In this document: piece by piece, positions 27,874 to 49,567 of the stretch | How the letters are laid out: each line of letters begins with the position of its first letter | Position numbering within the stretch: the first letter of the stretch is position 1 | From: Eledone cirrhosa | Taxonomy: Eukaryota | Reading direction: 5' to 3' | Length of the DNA stretch: 64,000 bases | Assembly: GCA_964016885.1 (NCBI GenBank) | Contig: OZ024743.1 | Span: 163,122,001-163,186,000 of the forward strand | Translations under genes and position numbers: made by a program | The notes under the pieces: model-generated | What the model was told of the DNA's origin: nothing | The model's database searches: none | Seen by the model: only the letters and a program-made list of their open reading frames with translations

Positions 27874-28488
27874 TAGGGCCTCTAGCCCCATTTTTACACA
27901 CCCCACACACACGCACGCGCACACCTCCACTTATTCTCTCTCACACATACACACACAAAACCAGTTCTAACACCAGATAACACCTACCCCCCACTTTTAC
28001 GATTAGACCTATCTTCCCACACTCACACACACACACACACACACACATACCTACACCTTCATGCATTCTCCCACACACATATACAGGCACGCATTTAAAA
28101 TTAAAAAAAACAATACAAAAACAAAAACAAAACATAAACAAACCCCTCTTAAAGGGAGACTACTCTTTATCCACCTAATTTTAATTCTTTGATATTAAAG
28201 TTAGAACAGATACTCTATACTATTTCCGGTCAGCATGGCTTCATTAAAGATTTAAAGACGCTGACTGAGACCTTTACTTCCCTCCGAAGAAGAGATATTA
28301 TCTCGAAAATTAAGGACATTTAAATAAATTCAAGGTGAAAGACGAATTCACATCAATATCTTTCACTATTGCATTCTTTTTTTTTTTTTTTTTTTCTATG
28401 TCCATATCTGCCTTGTCTTGGCCTTATTACACATATTCTAACGTTTATACCTCATTACACAATGCTTCAAGTGAACTATAACCTCCTC

Positions 28489-28571
<83 letters not shown>

Positions 28572-28583
28572 TATACACACACA

Positions 28584-29280
<697 letters not shown>

Positions 29281-29291
29281 TATATATATAT

Positions 29292-29340
<49 letters not shown>

Positions 29341-29927
29341 GATATATATATATATATAATGGGATATCGGTTGGGCCCTAGGCCCAACCGTTCAATGGAC
29401 GAAGAAAATCTTGTGATCTCTGTATTACCGAAGCATATTACATAACTCTATCACGACCTCTACTGATTAACGATAGAACGGAGGTAACCATTAGCTGTCA
29501 ACATCGAAGGGCTAATTCCTTCTCCAATAGAATATTTGACCCAACATAGTCATCTAGCCCCATTTTTACTTGTAGCTAATAAGTTAAATAGCTATAACTA
29601 ACTTAGATAATTATAAGTTACCTCCCCTACATTGTCTCTCAATTAAAAAATTTAAAAATTAGCACTTAACTATAAACTACCCACAATTTCTAATCTCTCG
29701 AGGAGTTACTTCTCCTGGAACCACCCTCTAATTAGTAAGGTAAATATGTCCTTTGGCGGCCATCTTGTTACCCATAGGCAGATCTCACACAATGCAGCCT
29801 CGACAGATGAATAATGCTTGATTATGGCTGACAATTGATACAACCAGGACACCATAGTGAAATACCAATATATGGAACATTACATTATGTAACATTCTCT
29901 CCTTATTTTAATTTATATTCCTTTGAA

Positions 29928-30019
29928 GTTCCGATGAGCCGCTCTGTTTTTAAATATGTTAATATGTTAATGTCATCTGATCCAGAAATATTATATGGAG
30001 TAGCGAAACAATTGTAAAC
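29928..30019 (+). ncRNA. Hammerhead (U4C core, long stem II) in non-coding island 29360-30122
   Basis: GTT-CCGATGA-GCcGCTC..GAGTaGC-GAA-ACAATTGT-A-AAC. Confidence 0.75.
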
Positions 30020-30122
30020 GGACATTATTATTATTAATATTATTATTATTATTCTCTACATTCCTTACATCTTTTAATAATGTCTTCCTTGTGAAATTTG
30101 TGGTCTTGTTTTGCTTAACTAA

Positions 30123-30171
<49 letters not shown>

Positions 30172-30174
<3 letters not shown>

Positions 30175-30515
30175 GTTATGCTTTTGGAGGGTCATGTTGC
30201 CAATAAGAAACACACGCACCAGGTGCTTTCACTTCAATTTATTATAAATTAAATTTATAAATTTAAGAATTTATAAATTTCCGGTTGGTTGGTTGGTTCC
30301 ACAACCAGACGATTGTTCATATATCGTCAAAGTTCTTTCGCCACACGGAAATTTATAAATTCTTAAATTTATAAATTTAATTTATAATAAATTGAAATGA
30401 AAGCAACTGGTGCGTGTGTTTCTTATTGGCAACATGACCCTCCCAAAGCATAACAATATCGGTTTCAACACACGTTTTCAGATAAAGAATCTTGCTAAAC
30501 AAATTCAGAAACGAA
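30172..30515. mobile_element. Fold-back mini-element: ~110-bp inverted repeats related to the PLE end at 12050-12117
   Basis: 30172-30283 vs 30346-30457; shared TGTTATRCTTKGGGAGGGTCAT motif. Confidence 0.72.
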
Positions 30516-30609
30516 ATATATATATATATATATATATATATATCATCATCATCATCATCATCATCAATGTTTAACGTCCGTGTTCCACGCTTGCATGGGT
30601 TTGGACGGG

Positions 30610-30639
<30 letters not shown>

Positions 30640-30647
<8 letters not shown>

Positions 30648-31135
30648 CATAACAGGAGGCTGAACTGGTTTAATTCCTGTAAAGGTTTATTATAGTATGA
30701 GAATTTCAATGACCGGGTTCAGTATGAATCCGGTGACGTCATCAGGTATTTGAAATATAACAACGGAATTATATAGAGGGCGGCCGACCGGAGTAGAGGC
30801 TGCTAAATGTGCGGTCGCCCTCATGTCTCTGATTTTCAGCCCCATAGATTTTGTCTATCATATTCCTTTGTTATATTTCGAATACCTGATGATGTCACCG
30901 GATTCATACTGAACCCGGTCATTGAAATGATCATAGTATAATAGACCTTTTAAGGAATTACACCAGTCCAGCCTCCTGTTATTTTATAATAATTAACCCC
31001 ATACTCGCACCACCAACTACACAAACGAAGACGGGTGAGTTGCATTACATTGAGGGCTCTCCATAATATTACATCGAGGTTGACCATACGGAATGTCCAG
31101 TTCTATCTGGTGGTTAACCAACAAACCTAAATAAA
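30640..31135 (+). mobile_element. Mini non-autonomous PLE-type element with ~130-bp inverted repeats, each containing an HHR
   Basis: IR ~30642-30770 vs ~30862-30990. Confidence 0.75.
30882..30939 (+). ncRNA. Type I hammerhead; decayed inverted copy at 30692-30749
   Basis: ATAC-CTGATGA-tgtcACCGG..CCGGTcatt-GAA-ATGATCAT-A-GTAT. Confidence 0.82.
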
Positions 31136-31155
31136 TATATATATAGAGAGAGAGA

Positions 31156-32614
31156 ATTTAGCGTAAAAGTTGATGTTCATCAGGGCTCTGTCATTATCCC
31201 CCTCCTTTTTTTATTGCCCTTCAGGCTATAACAGAGGAGTTCAAGACCGGCTGCCCATGGGAACTTCTATATGCAGATGATCTAACGCTAATAGCTGAAT
31301 CGATGGATGAACTAGAGAACAAATTCCAAACCTGTAAGCATGGCCTAGAATCAAAAGGCCTTGAAGTTAACTTGTCTAAGACTAAAGTTCTAGTATGTAG
31401 GAAGGAACATAGGGCACAGGTCCCCCTCTGGGAAATGGCCATGCTCAGTGTGTAGGAAAGGAGTAGGCAGAAATTCCATTCTATGTCCCAAATGCAAAGT
31501 ATGGGTGCATAAAAGATGTAGTGGGATCACAGGTAAGCTATCTAAGAACGTAGATTTTATATCTGGCCGGTGCTCTGGTGCAATAAGTAGCAGCATGTGC
31601 CCACAGGATACTAGCTCCTTCTATTGCCCAAATGGCTCTATAGAAATAGTGGACAGCTTCCGTTACCTGGGTGACAAAATCAGCAGTGGTGGAAGGTGCT
31701 CAGAAAGTACAGTAGCCAGAGCCAGAACGAGATGGAAAAAGTTCAGAGAGCTTATACCACTATTGGCCGCAAAAGGTTTCTCTCTAAAAATGAAAAGCAG
31801 ACTGTATGATGCCTGCATACGAACAGCAATGTTACATGGCAGTGAGACCTGGGCATTGTGTGCAGGGGATATACGCAGACTGGAGAGGAACGAAGCATGC
31901 ATGCTCCACTGGATGTGTAATAGTAATATACGTGAACAGCAAAGCATAAACGAACTAAGTGAGAAATTAGGTATATGAGGGATCAGATGCTGTTTACTCG
32001 AGAGAAGACTACGTTGGTATGGTCACGTGATGCGCATGAAAGACAACAGCTGTATAAAAAAGTGCAGGGCGATCAAAATTGACGGAAGTTACGGAGTAGG
32101 CAGACTCAGAAAAACCTTGGACGATTTGATAAATTCCGACCTTACACACTTACACCTCTCTAAAACAATGTCACTGGACCGAGATCTTTGGCGCTACGCA
32201 GTAATACAGAAAACCCGCCTTGCCTATGTACAAAGCGAAACCTACAGTAGGCACCTCTTAATCAAATATACAGCCCCCTCCCACTACCCCAACTACCCCA
32301 CCCCCACCCCCATCAACACCCACCCCTTTCTCTGTAAAGTTATGTTGGTACCACAACATCCAGTCCTAAATAAATGAGGTCGTGTAGGAGTCACAACAAA
32401 AAAACACAGTCCACGCTGTAATGTGTAGGTAAAACGGTAAAAACCTCCCAGTCCACACTGTAAACGTGGTTGGTGTTAGGAAGGGAATCCAGCCGTAGAA
32501 AACCTCCCAGACAGTCCCATACGAGTGAGACGACCAATCTTGCCTCAAGTGGGTCAATTCCCGTCTAAACCCATGCTAGCGTGGAAGATAGACGTTAAAG
32601 ATGATGATGATGAT
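31156..32614 (+). mobile_element. 5'-truncated, decayed RTE-clade LINE with (GAT)n tail
   Basis: HQGS, LYADD, C4HC3 finger, MLHGSETW, RLRWYGHV; homologous to 52608-55270. Confidence 0.9.
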
Positions 32615-32639
32615 TCATATATATATATATATATGTATT

Positions 32640-32738
<99 letters not shown>

Positions 32739-32837
32739 AAGTTTCCGTTGAAAATTGAAAAAGTCACAGGAGTGAAGAGTGCTCTATGTAAGTACCAGAG
32801 CTAAATTTAATGTATAATAAACAATACAATATAATTA

Positions 32838-32905
32838 CCTCATTACCAGAGGTTTCCCGAATAAGACGAATACAAGAAACGTCCTCATTCGTTCGTCAGA
32901 CAAGG
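32838..32905 (-). ncRNA. Type I hammerhead in non-coding island 32736-33540
   Basis: CCTTGT-CTGACGA-aCGAATGAGgACG..CGTCTTATTCGg-GAA-ACCtctGGT-A-ATGAGG. Confidence 0.82.
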
Positions 32906-33562
32906 CAATTTAAAACATAGTGAAATACTTGAAAAATCTCCTCAAGAAAGGCAAAAGTTTAACGGGCAAAAAAATATATAAATAAAAGTAATGCAAGAGA
33001 TATATAAAAATAAAATAAGGAAATATAGTTAGGGTATGTGTATAAATGTCTGTATATTCACTCACAAATGTACATATGTGTGTATGTACAAATGCATGTG
33101 TATAGTGAAAAAAATGTGTGCGTAAGTACATATATGAGGGCAAGCATATCAGTGTATGTGTGACCACAAATACGTATATAAAATATGTTGAAAAAGAAAT
33201 TGTAAGATAATAGAGTTAACGTACATCCAGACTCAGGTACTAAGGATTGAAATATATACACATACAAGTATGAAAGCACGCGTATAAACACACACACGCG
33301 CGCAACCACATACATGCAAGTGATATATACAGGGAAGGGAGTGTATCAGTCAAAGTAGTGTCAGACTGAAGGTCGATATATATAAAAAATATAAAATATG
33401 AAAATGAAAATATGAAAAAAAGAAAAAATGAAAAAATATATGAGAATAAAAAAATTAAATCAAAGAGAAAGTAAGAGGGAGGGGTTATCAATTATAAAGT
33501 AACACTAGAAAAAACAGAAAACATACACATATACATATAAAATATATATATATATATATATA

Positions 33563-36389
<2,827 letters not shown>

Positions 36390-36546
36390 CATATATATAT
36401 AATTAAAGGTTAAACTAGGTTCAATGAATAAATCAATGAATAAAGTTTCACAATAGATTAGAAGCACTCCACTAAAATGGTTTTCCGGAGTTATTAATAT
36501 TAATTCAAAATATTAACAAATATAGACATTCATGTGATCAAGTATA

Positions 36547-36609
36547 TTTTATTATACATATTTCAGAGGTACTGAGCTATTTTCAACAGTACGTCCTCAT
36601 CAGATAAAA
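36547..36609 (-). ncRNA. Type I hammerhead in fold-back island 36400-36730
   Basis: TTTTAT-CTGATGA-ggacGTACTG..CAGTACctct-GAA-ATATGTAT-A-ATAAAA. Confidence 0.8.
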
Positions 36610-36725
36610 TAAGGTGATGCTTGACATACCTTGACTATGTTGATGGTTAAAATTCAGTCATGACTGAAATACGTATAATAATTATACTTGATCACATGAA
36701 TGTCTATATTTGTTAATATTTTGAA

Positions 36726-36789
<64 letters not shown>

Positions 36790-36792
<3 letters not shown>

Positions 36793-39319
36793 TTACTGTC
36801 TTAAACTGTAACATAGTAAACCTTAATATTATCAAGAATAATATACTTGAACTATTTAAGCACCTTAACCTAAAAATTGAATTTGAGAACAACGCTAAAT
36901 TAGCTAACTTCCTAGATATATCCCTTAATCTAGATACCGGCCTATATTACCCATACCATAAGGATAATGAGAATATAAATTATGTAACTTTTAAATCAAA
37001 CCACCCTATTAATGTTAAAACTGCTATAGTCAGAAATGTTGAAAAAAGAATCTCTAATCTATCTTCTAATAAACTTATCTTTGATGCCAACGTCAATTAT
37101 TACACTAACGCGCTATCTAGGGCTGGATATCCAGACAAAATTAAATACGCTCAAGGAACCAATCTTGGCAGAACTTATCGTAATATAGCTAGTTATAAGC
37201 ATACCAATAACATAAAGAGGAGACCTAGATATAAAAATATCATTTGGTACAACGCTCCATTCTCTCTTTCACTTATTAGTAATATCCCTAAATTATTTTT
37301 AGGGCGTTAGATAATTGCTTCCCTCCTTCACATATTTATAGTAAGATTTTTAATAAGCATACCATTAAATTCTCATATTCCACCACTTCCAACATCTCTA
37401 ACATTATCTCAAAACATAATACTAAAATACTAAATAATAACTCATATGCATCCAACCATGAGAGTCATAATAATAACACTCTAAGGCCCGACGTCAATGT
37501 AAACTCTAGACAAGATAACTTAAATATAAATACGTCGTCAAACGTAACTTTGATGAATGCTTCAAATAGTAATCTAAATCAGGAAACATTAACACCTCCT
37601 TTAGCTAATTCCACCACTACAATTCCTATTATAATTAATCCTGGGCCACTTGCAAATAACTCTGTTAATAACATTAATCGTAAATGCAACTGCCCTAATA
37701 GAACTAAATGTCCTCTTAATAATTTCTGTCTCGATAAAAATCTAGTATACGAATGTAAGGTGCTAACTAGTACCAATTCTTATACCTACATTGGCTCTAC
37801 TTCTACTTCCTTTAAGGCAAGACTATATAACCATTCTTTCTCATTTAAATATCCACTTAAAAGAACAAACACTGCACTCTCAGAACTCATCTGGTCCTTA
37901 AAAGACAAAAACATTAATTACAAAATTTCTTGGCGTAAAATATGCAATGCTTCTCCATATTCTAGGGCTTGTAATTTATGTCTAGCTGAAAATTTTACCA
38001 TTATCTCGAATTTCAACTCTATAATAAATAGACGCTAAGATTTATTTGCCCTCTGCATCTATAAATCTCTTAGGTCATTTCACAAAGTATACAGCTAATA
38101 CCCTATATTTTATTCCACGAATAAAGGTTAAACATTTTTTACACATATATATATATTTTTTTTACACAAATATCTTTTTACACTTTTTCTCGCATATTTC
38201 AGTACACTCTACAAAGTTTTAAACATACTATGAAGTTATATGTTCTTCTACGATTTAAATCACTCTAGCAAATTCCTTTATCTACTTGGTGATACAAAAT
38301 ATTATTTAAATAATTCATATTTAATTTTTCTTTATTATCTTTCTTCTCACTATTTTTAAGCCGCTCACTTTTCCTCCTTTATCACATCATTTTTCTTCGT
38401 AGATTTTGTAAACAAATTATTACGTCATATGTCTTCTTCGTTTTTTTCTTCGTTTTTTCTACGCTTTTTTCTACGCTTAAATAATTATAACATTTTCCTC
38501 TATTTACTTGTGGATTAAATTAATATTTAAATATTTAAATAGTTTTCCCACATATATAATTTCTTTTATATATAATCTATAATTTTTGTTATATATAACC
38601 TATAATTTTTAATAGTAAACTTTTAATTTTTGACATGGTTTGACTACTCTTATTTATTTTCTTCTACACATATATATATATTTTCACATAAATAACTCTT
38701 CACACATTTTTCTCACATTTTTCAATTACATTCTATTTAAACAAACTATGACATTATTTTGTCTTCTACGCTTATAAATCATTTAATTTTATTTTACTTT
38801 ATTTTATTTTATTTTAATAATACATTTTCACACCTCTTAATAATTTTTTTTTTTTAGTATATAAACCCTAAATAAATAATATACCTAGTTTCTATATCTG
38901 TAATCATAAACCTCATCAATCATAAACCACATCAATTTATTAATTTATTTATTTCGTAGCCGTATATATATTTTTTCAGCCGTTATTCACACCTGTTTTT
39001 CAGTTTTGACAGCGTTTCCCGTTTAAAAGTCTCTATCTCTCTCCTTTCTCTTTCTCTCTCCTCCTTCCTTCTTACACTTTTCCTCCATTATCTTCTCCTT
39101 CTTTTTTTCTTTTCCCCCTTCCTTCCTTTTTTCAATCTTCTCTCTCCTTTTATATTATTATCATATGTTGACTAGACACTTTCTTGTTCACAAGTGTTTT
39201 TTAGGCATCATATCACGTTACCTTATTTTATCTGATGAGAACGCAACTATGATATTTATATTTGAAATGCGCATAATAAAATATATGGAACTTTTTTAAC
39301 CATCTTTTAATTTCTTCTT

Positions 39320-39320
<1 letters not shown>
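36790..39320 (+). mobile_element. 5'-truncated decayed PLE (RT C-terminus + GIY-YIG to ~38100, 3' UTR, pLTR)
   Basis: NFLDISLNL, IWYNAPFS, KCNCPNRTKCPLNNFC, LVYECKV..YIGSTS. Confidence 0.85.
39224..39283 (+). ncRNA. Hammerhead (weak stem II); second copy at 39811-39881
   Basis: TATTTTAT-CTGAYGA-..-GAA-ATGCGCAT-A-ATAAAATA. Confidence 0.72.
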
Positions 39321-39369
<49 letters not shown>

Positions 39370-39497
39370 TATTGATTTTTTGTGTGGTTAATTATGCTAA
39401 TTGGGAGAAGAAATGATGTATATTATCAAATAATTCTATGGACTTGCTTTACTTTTTATATATTCATATATAGATTATATATATATATACATATATA

Positions 39498-39625
<128 letters not shown>

Positions 39626-39659
39626 AATATACATATATATATATATATATATATTCATA

Positions 39660-39720
<61 letters not shown>

Positions 39721-40007
39721 ATACTTTGGGAGGGTCATGCTGTGAATAGTGCAGTTTTAAATCATATATGATATTCACAAGTGTTTTTTAACCTTCATAT
39801 CATGTCTCCCTATTTTATCTGACGAAAACGCAAATGTTATTGCATGATGATATTTATTTTTGAAATGCGCATAATAAAATACATGGAACTCTTTTAACCA
39901 TCTTTTGATCTTATATATTATTTATACTCCAGTCCTACAAACTGTAGAGTGCTACTTATCCGATATCTGCATTGCTTTATTGTACTACAATAAAACTCAC
40001 CTCCTAC

Positions 40008-40070
<63 letters not shown>

Positions 40071-40071
40071 C

Positions 40072-40104
<33 letters not shown>

Positions 40105-40133
40105 CATATATATACATATATATACATATATAT

Positions 40134-40205
<72 letters not shown>

Positions 40206-40209
<4 letters not shown>

Positions 40210-40826
40210 TGGCTACCAACTCGTTTTCGAGTACGGCCACTACTTTATATCCATGTAGGAGAACCCCTACCGATGTGCTGAACGAGTGTGACTTTTTAGT
40301 CCAGCCAGCGACTTGAAAACTCTGGTACAAACACTACACTTGTGACAATTATTGACACATAGTGATGGGCCCATGGTACCATGTGACGACAAGTGCAGAG
40401 AGATCTCCAGATATAAAGCAATGCCTGTGCCGTGAAGCTTTTATAGTGAGCAAAGGGACTGCACAAAGCCAGTCCCACTCTCTTAACCAAGATGATATTT
40501 ACCAAAAAGAAGAACAAGTCAAGATCATTGGATACCATCAGAGTTGCAGGTGTTATATCAGAGTTTTCCTTCTCCTAGAATTCTGCCTTGACAAAGGCTA
40601 CAAAGGCTAAGGGGTCATCTCTCCCGGTGATTTTGGATCGCCATTGCCTCTTAAGAGCTCCTTTGCCCTTTGACAGGTTTTGTTTTTAGTCCTGCAGGAT
40701 GTCCAAAGTCACCCTCCTCACCAAGAAATCTTGGTGGGGTTGCTAGTTTAGTCGCCAACGACCTGACAATGAGACAGGTTGTACTGGGATACATGTTACC
40801 AGTAGCACCAACTGGTGACCTGACCA
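40206..40826 (-). mobile_element. ~610-bp non-coding interspersed repeat, copy 2
   Basis: Reverse-complement homolog of 34678-35288. Confidence 0.8.
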
Positions 40827-40836
40827 TATACATATA

Positions 40837-40976
<140 letters not shown>

Positions 40977-41021
40977 TATATACATATATATATATACATA
41001 TATATATACATATATATATAC

Positions 41022-41100
<79 letters not shown>

Positions 41101-41189
41101 TATATATATAATTACATATATATACATTTATCATTTATATATATACACACACACACGCATATATACATATATATATATACATATATATA

Positions 41190-43744
<2,555 letters not shown>

Positions 43745-43764
43745 ATGTAGAAGGGGTAACACAC

Positions 43765-43798
<34 letters not shown>

Positions 43799-43802
43799 GA
43801 GA

Positions 43803-43877
<75 letters not shown>

Positions 43878-44001
43878 TGTGCCATCAATAAAACAGTGAA
43901 ACCACCAGTGTATGGAATCTATAATCTATGGAAGGCAGGGTAAACACTCGATAATTAAAAATATAAATTAAAATGTATATACGCACCTCTATAACTATAT
44001 A

Positions 44002-44086
44002 ACACACGCGTACAACTCCAAAGAGATCTGTTTCGCCAAGAAGTTATTGACTGAAATGGAAGTGCCTAAGGGTCATCTGCGTGTGT
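44002..44086 (-). ncRNA. Degenerate hammerhead in island 43875-44132
   Basis: ACACACG-CAGATGA-..ggc-GAA-ACAG..TTGT-A-CGCGTGT (U4A core). Confidence 0.45.
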
Positions 44087-44128
44087 AAAACAAATACATT
44101 CCAGACAACTCTAAGAAAATATAAGATA

Positions 44129-44252
<124 letters not shown>

Positions 44253-44253
44253 G

Positions 44254-44317
<64 letters not shown>

Positions 44318-44338
44318 CTGTTGTTTTAATATATATAT

Positions 44339-44439
<101 letters not shown>

Positions 44440-44987
44440 TTTCAACAATGTCAGTATTCCGTTTGTCATAATTCTCGATTATCATTGGTTCATAGGTTTC
44501 AAACGACTCCGTCCACCTCAACGACCCCAAACTTAAATTAATATGCATAATGCCAATGAGGGAGTGAGAGGGGAGAGATAGGCAAAGTGAACGCTGTGTT
44601 TGGATACACTATGTATATGTGTCAGTGTAGGGACATGTGTGTGTGTGATGTGTGTGGAAATAAGAGGGGAAGGAAAGCAATAACTATTAACATGTGTGCG
44701 TGTGTATGTACGTGCGCGTATGTTTATGTGTGTGTGCGTGCGTGCAGCGTTTCACAGAAAGTAAAACCTATCAACATGTGTGAGTGTGTGTAAGTGCACG
44801 GGTGCGTGTGTAAGTTTGCGTGCGTGTGCGCGTTTCCATGCGTGTATGTGTGTGTACGTGCGGCATCCCACAATCGCCACGCAGTTTATCTGTCTGTGTG
44901 CCTGTCTGTCAGTCTAACATACACAGAGTTGTGAAAGGAGTAAATAGGGACCTTTTTTTTACATTGACAGACATCTTTCATATTAAT

Positions 44988-45349
44988 TATCTATATCTAT
45001 ATCTACATATAATATAAAAGATTGGAACTTCCATCATCCTTTTGAGAAACGTGGAACAACCACGTCTATGCAATGATACACGTTTTACAGTCAGGCAGAA
45101 GATGAACCATCTCCTAGAAGTCACTATTCTAGGTGGGAGCACCTAGAATTGTTCATATACTATGCACAAAGGGTACAACGAAGAATCTGGTATATCTGGA
45201 AGATTTTTTTACTGTTTTTTTGTATCACACAGACACCACGGACTCACCTCATACTGTAACCAGACAAACATCCAATACAGTCATTTTCTCTTTTACCTGT
45301 CTTCTCTTATCATCTGTTTACCCGGGCGAAGCTGGGTACGTCAGCTAGT
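44988..45349 (+). mobile_element. Short non-autonomous Helitron
   Basis: TCTATAT start; 3' hairpin ACCCGGGCGAAGCTGGGT followed by CTAG. Confidence 0.7.
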
Positions 45350-45364
45350 ATATATATATGCATA

Positions 45365-47021
<1,657 letters not shown>

Positions 47022-47091
47022 TATATATATGTATATATATATCTATATCTATATCTATATATCTATATATATATATATGTATATATATATA

Positions 47092-48317
47092 TAGAAAACT
47101 TGTAGAAAACTTATAATGAAACAATTGTTTGGAAAGAGAGATATATTTTAACTTTAATTATATCTCATATAAAATAATACAACTGGCTTTCCACAAAATA
47201 CATATAGTTAGCACCCCAAACACTTAAATGGGGTTTATACTAACGTATAACCTAATGTTTGTTGAGTGAGATGGTTACCAGTCGGAGTTTAGCTTAAAGC
47301 TATCTCTGTTATTGTATTAAATATTTTACTCTTGATTTGGCCAGAGATTTTTATTTCCAGGTACCTTATAAACTTGACTTTCCGTATTTATTGCTGTTAT
47401 GAGATATTGTTTGTTTTTTTGGGGGTATAACTTCTCTGTTTTTAGCCTAAGAAAATATCTATATGCGTGTGTAAATAATTAGATGCATACATTTATTTTT
47501 TAAAATTAATTGAGTTCTTAACACGCGAAATTAATATTGCTTTTGAAATAACTAATTAACTCGCGTGTATTAAATATTTTACTCTTAATTTGGCCAGAGA
47601 TTTACATTCCCAAATGCCTTTTAAAGCGTAACTTTCCGTATTTATTACAGTTGTGAGATGTGGTTGGTTTTTAGGTATTCACTTCTCTGTTTTTAGCCTA
47701 AGAAAATATCTATATGCGTGTGTAATTAATACACGCATACATTTATTTTTTTAAAATTAATTGAGTTCTTAACACGCAGGATTGATAATGTTTTTGAAAA
47801 AACTAATTAACGCACGTGTATATTATTTTATTTCTCTCGTGACTAGTGGTTGTCTCCCTTTTCCGCTTTGTGACGCTATGATACTTCCTCAGTCAAAAGA
47901 CTGCTGGAATTTCAAATTTGGCGGTCATTCGATGCGTGAAGGGACAACTTAACAGACACGAAAGTTAACTGCGGTAAGAAATTTTTTCTTATATCAAAGT
48001 TTAATGGGCTTCCACTGATGATTTATAAGTGCCCACATAAATATATTCTTACATGAAAATATGTTAGGCTTCTACATAAACTGGAAACATTCTCCCAACT
48101 TATAGAAAACTTATAATGAAACAATTGTTTGGAAAGAGAGATATATTTTAACTTTAATTATATCTCATATAAAATAATACAACTGGCTTTCCACAAAATA
48201 CATATAGTTAGCACCCCAAACACTTAAATTGGGTTTATACTAACGTATAACCTAATGTTTGTTGAGTGAGCTGGTTACCAGTCGGAGTTTAGCTTAAAGC
48301 TATCTCTGTTATTGTAT

Positions 48318-48322
<5 letters not shown>
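47092..48322 (+). mobile_element. Retrozyme-like element, period 1000 nt, ~230-bp terminal direct repeats, internal ~253-bp tandem duplication
   Basis: Repeats 47092-47322 / 48097-48322; internal 47314 / 47567. Confidence 0.78.
48010..48134 (+). ncRNA. Type I hammerhead with long stem II loop
   Basis: TTCCA-CTGATGA-tTTATAAGT..ACTTATAAt-GAA-ACAATTGT-T-TGGAA. Confidence 0.85.
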
Positions 48323-48403
<81 letters not shown>

Positions 48404-48436
48404 TATAGATATATATATGCATGCATATTTATATTT

Positions 48437-49460
48437 ATACTACCAGCAGTACCCAGCGTTGCCTGGGTAGGTAAAATAATATCTGCTTTGATGAAAAGGT
48501 GTTGATCTTAGCGACTGCTTCTCGATGACTCATCTATGGCCACACACAGACCATGCGGGGGTGGGTGGTGATGACCTCTATCACTGAGAAACGCGGGTGA
48601 CTGACGAAGGGACATGCTGGGAGAGGGAGGTAAGGACCTCTAACACTAAGCTAAATTTCCTCACGCTACTTGATTGGAAACCGATGAATTCTCAAATACA
48701 CAACTAAAAGCTCAGACGACGTCAGTGGCCATCGTTTTGCCTTTGACCATCTATAAGATGTGCAATTATAGGTTCTATCGGAGTATAAAAGTTGAACCAA
48801 ATAAATTGATTTATGTGTGAGGTGGAGCCGAAGTTTCGAATTTGAACGAAATCGGTTGAAAAATGTGGGAGCTAGAGCCGAAAAGGCGGAAATTTGAGCG
48901 AAAAGGTAGTATTTTCGAATATTTAAGCGGCTGCCACGCTGTTCCTGAACAAAATCTCCAAAATGTAAAGCCACTTTAAGACGTGAGATAATCAGAACTA
49001 GCACAGTGTAAAATTTGAACAAAGTAGGTTGTTTAATGTGGGAGCTAAAGCCGAAAAAGTGGAAATTTGAGTCTAAAAGTGGTACTTTTGAATATTTAAG
49101 TGGCTGCCACGCGGTCCCTGAACAAAAAATCCAAAATATAAAGCCATTACAGGGTGTGCAATGATAAATTCTATTTTGCTTTAAAATTTGAACGAAATCG
49201 GGGGCAAAATGTGGGAGCTAGAGCCAAAAATCTTATTTTTCGATACCTAAAAAAAGGTGACCCCCCCCCCCCCCTCTATCGATTTTTATCTGCAGCATTA
49301 CCCCGGAATAAAAAAAGACGATACGCTGATATATAGAAAACACTCCCCGATGACTAATCTATGAGCCTGTAGAGTTTCATGAAAATCGGTCGTAAGATGT
49401 AGGCCCCTATAGGTAATACACAGACACACAGACACACAAACTTAATTTTATATATATACA
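48437..49460 (-). mobile_element. Non-autonomous Helitron/Helentron-like element
   Basis: Terminal hairpin TACCCAGGCAACGCTGGGTA near the 3' end; 5' TATATAAAATT..(GTGTCTGT) microsatellite; internal repeated GTGGGAGCTAGAGCC. Confidence 0.6.
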
Positions 49461-49491
49461 GATATATATATATATGTATATATATATATAC

Positions 49492-49567
<76 letters not shown>

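Larger units (their letters stand above)
23704..28490 (+). mobile_element. Apparently intact Penelope-like element: inverted pLTR (23704-24523) + direct pLTR (24520-25320) + ORF + 3' pLTR (27678-28490)
   Basis: Three near-identical ~800-bp repeats, uninterrupted ORF, (TA)n on both sides. Confidence 0.95.
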
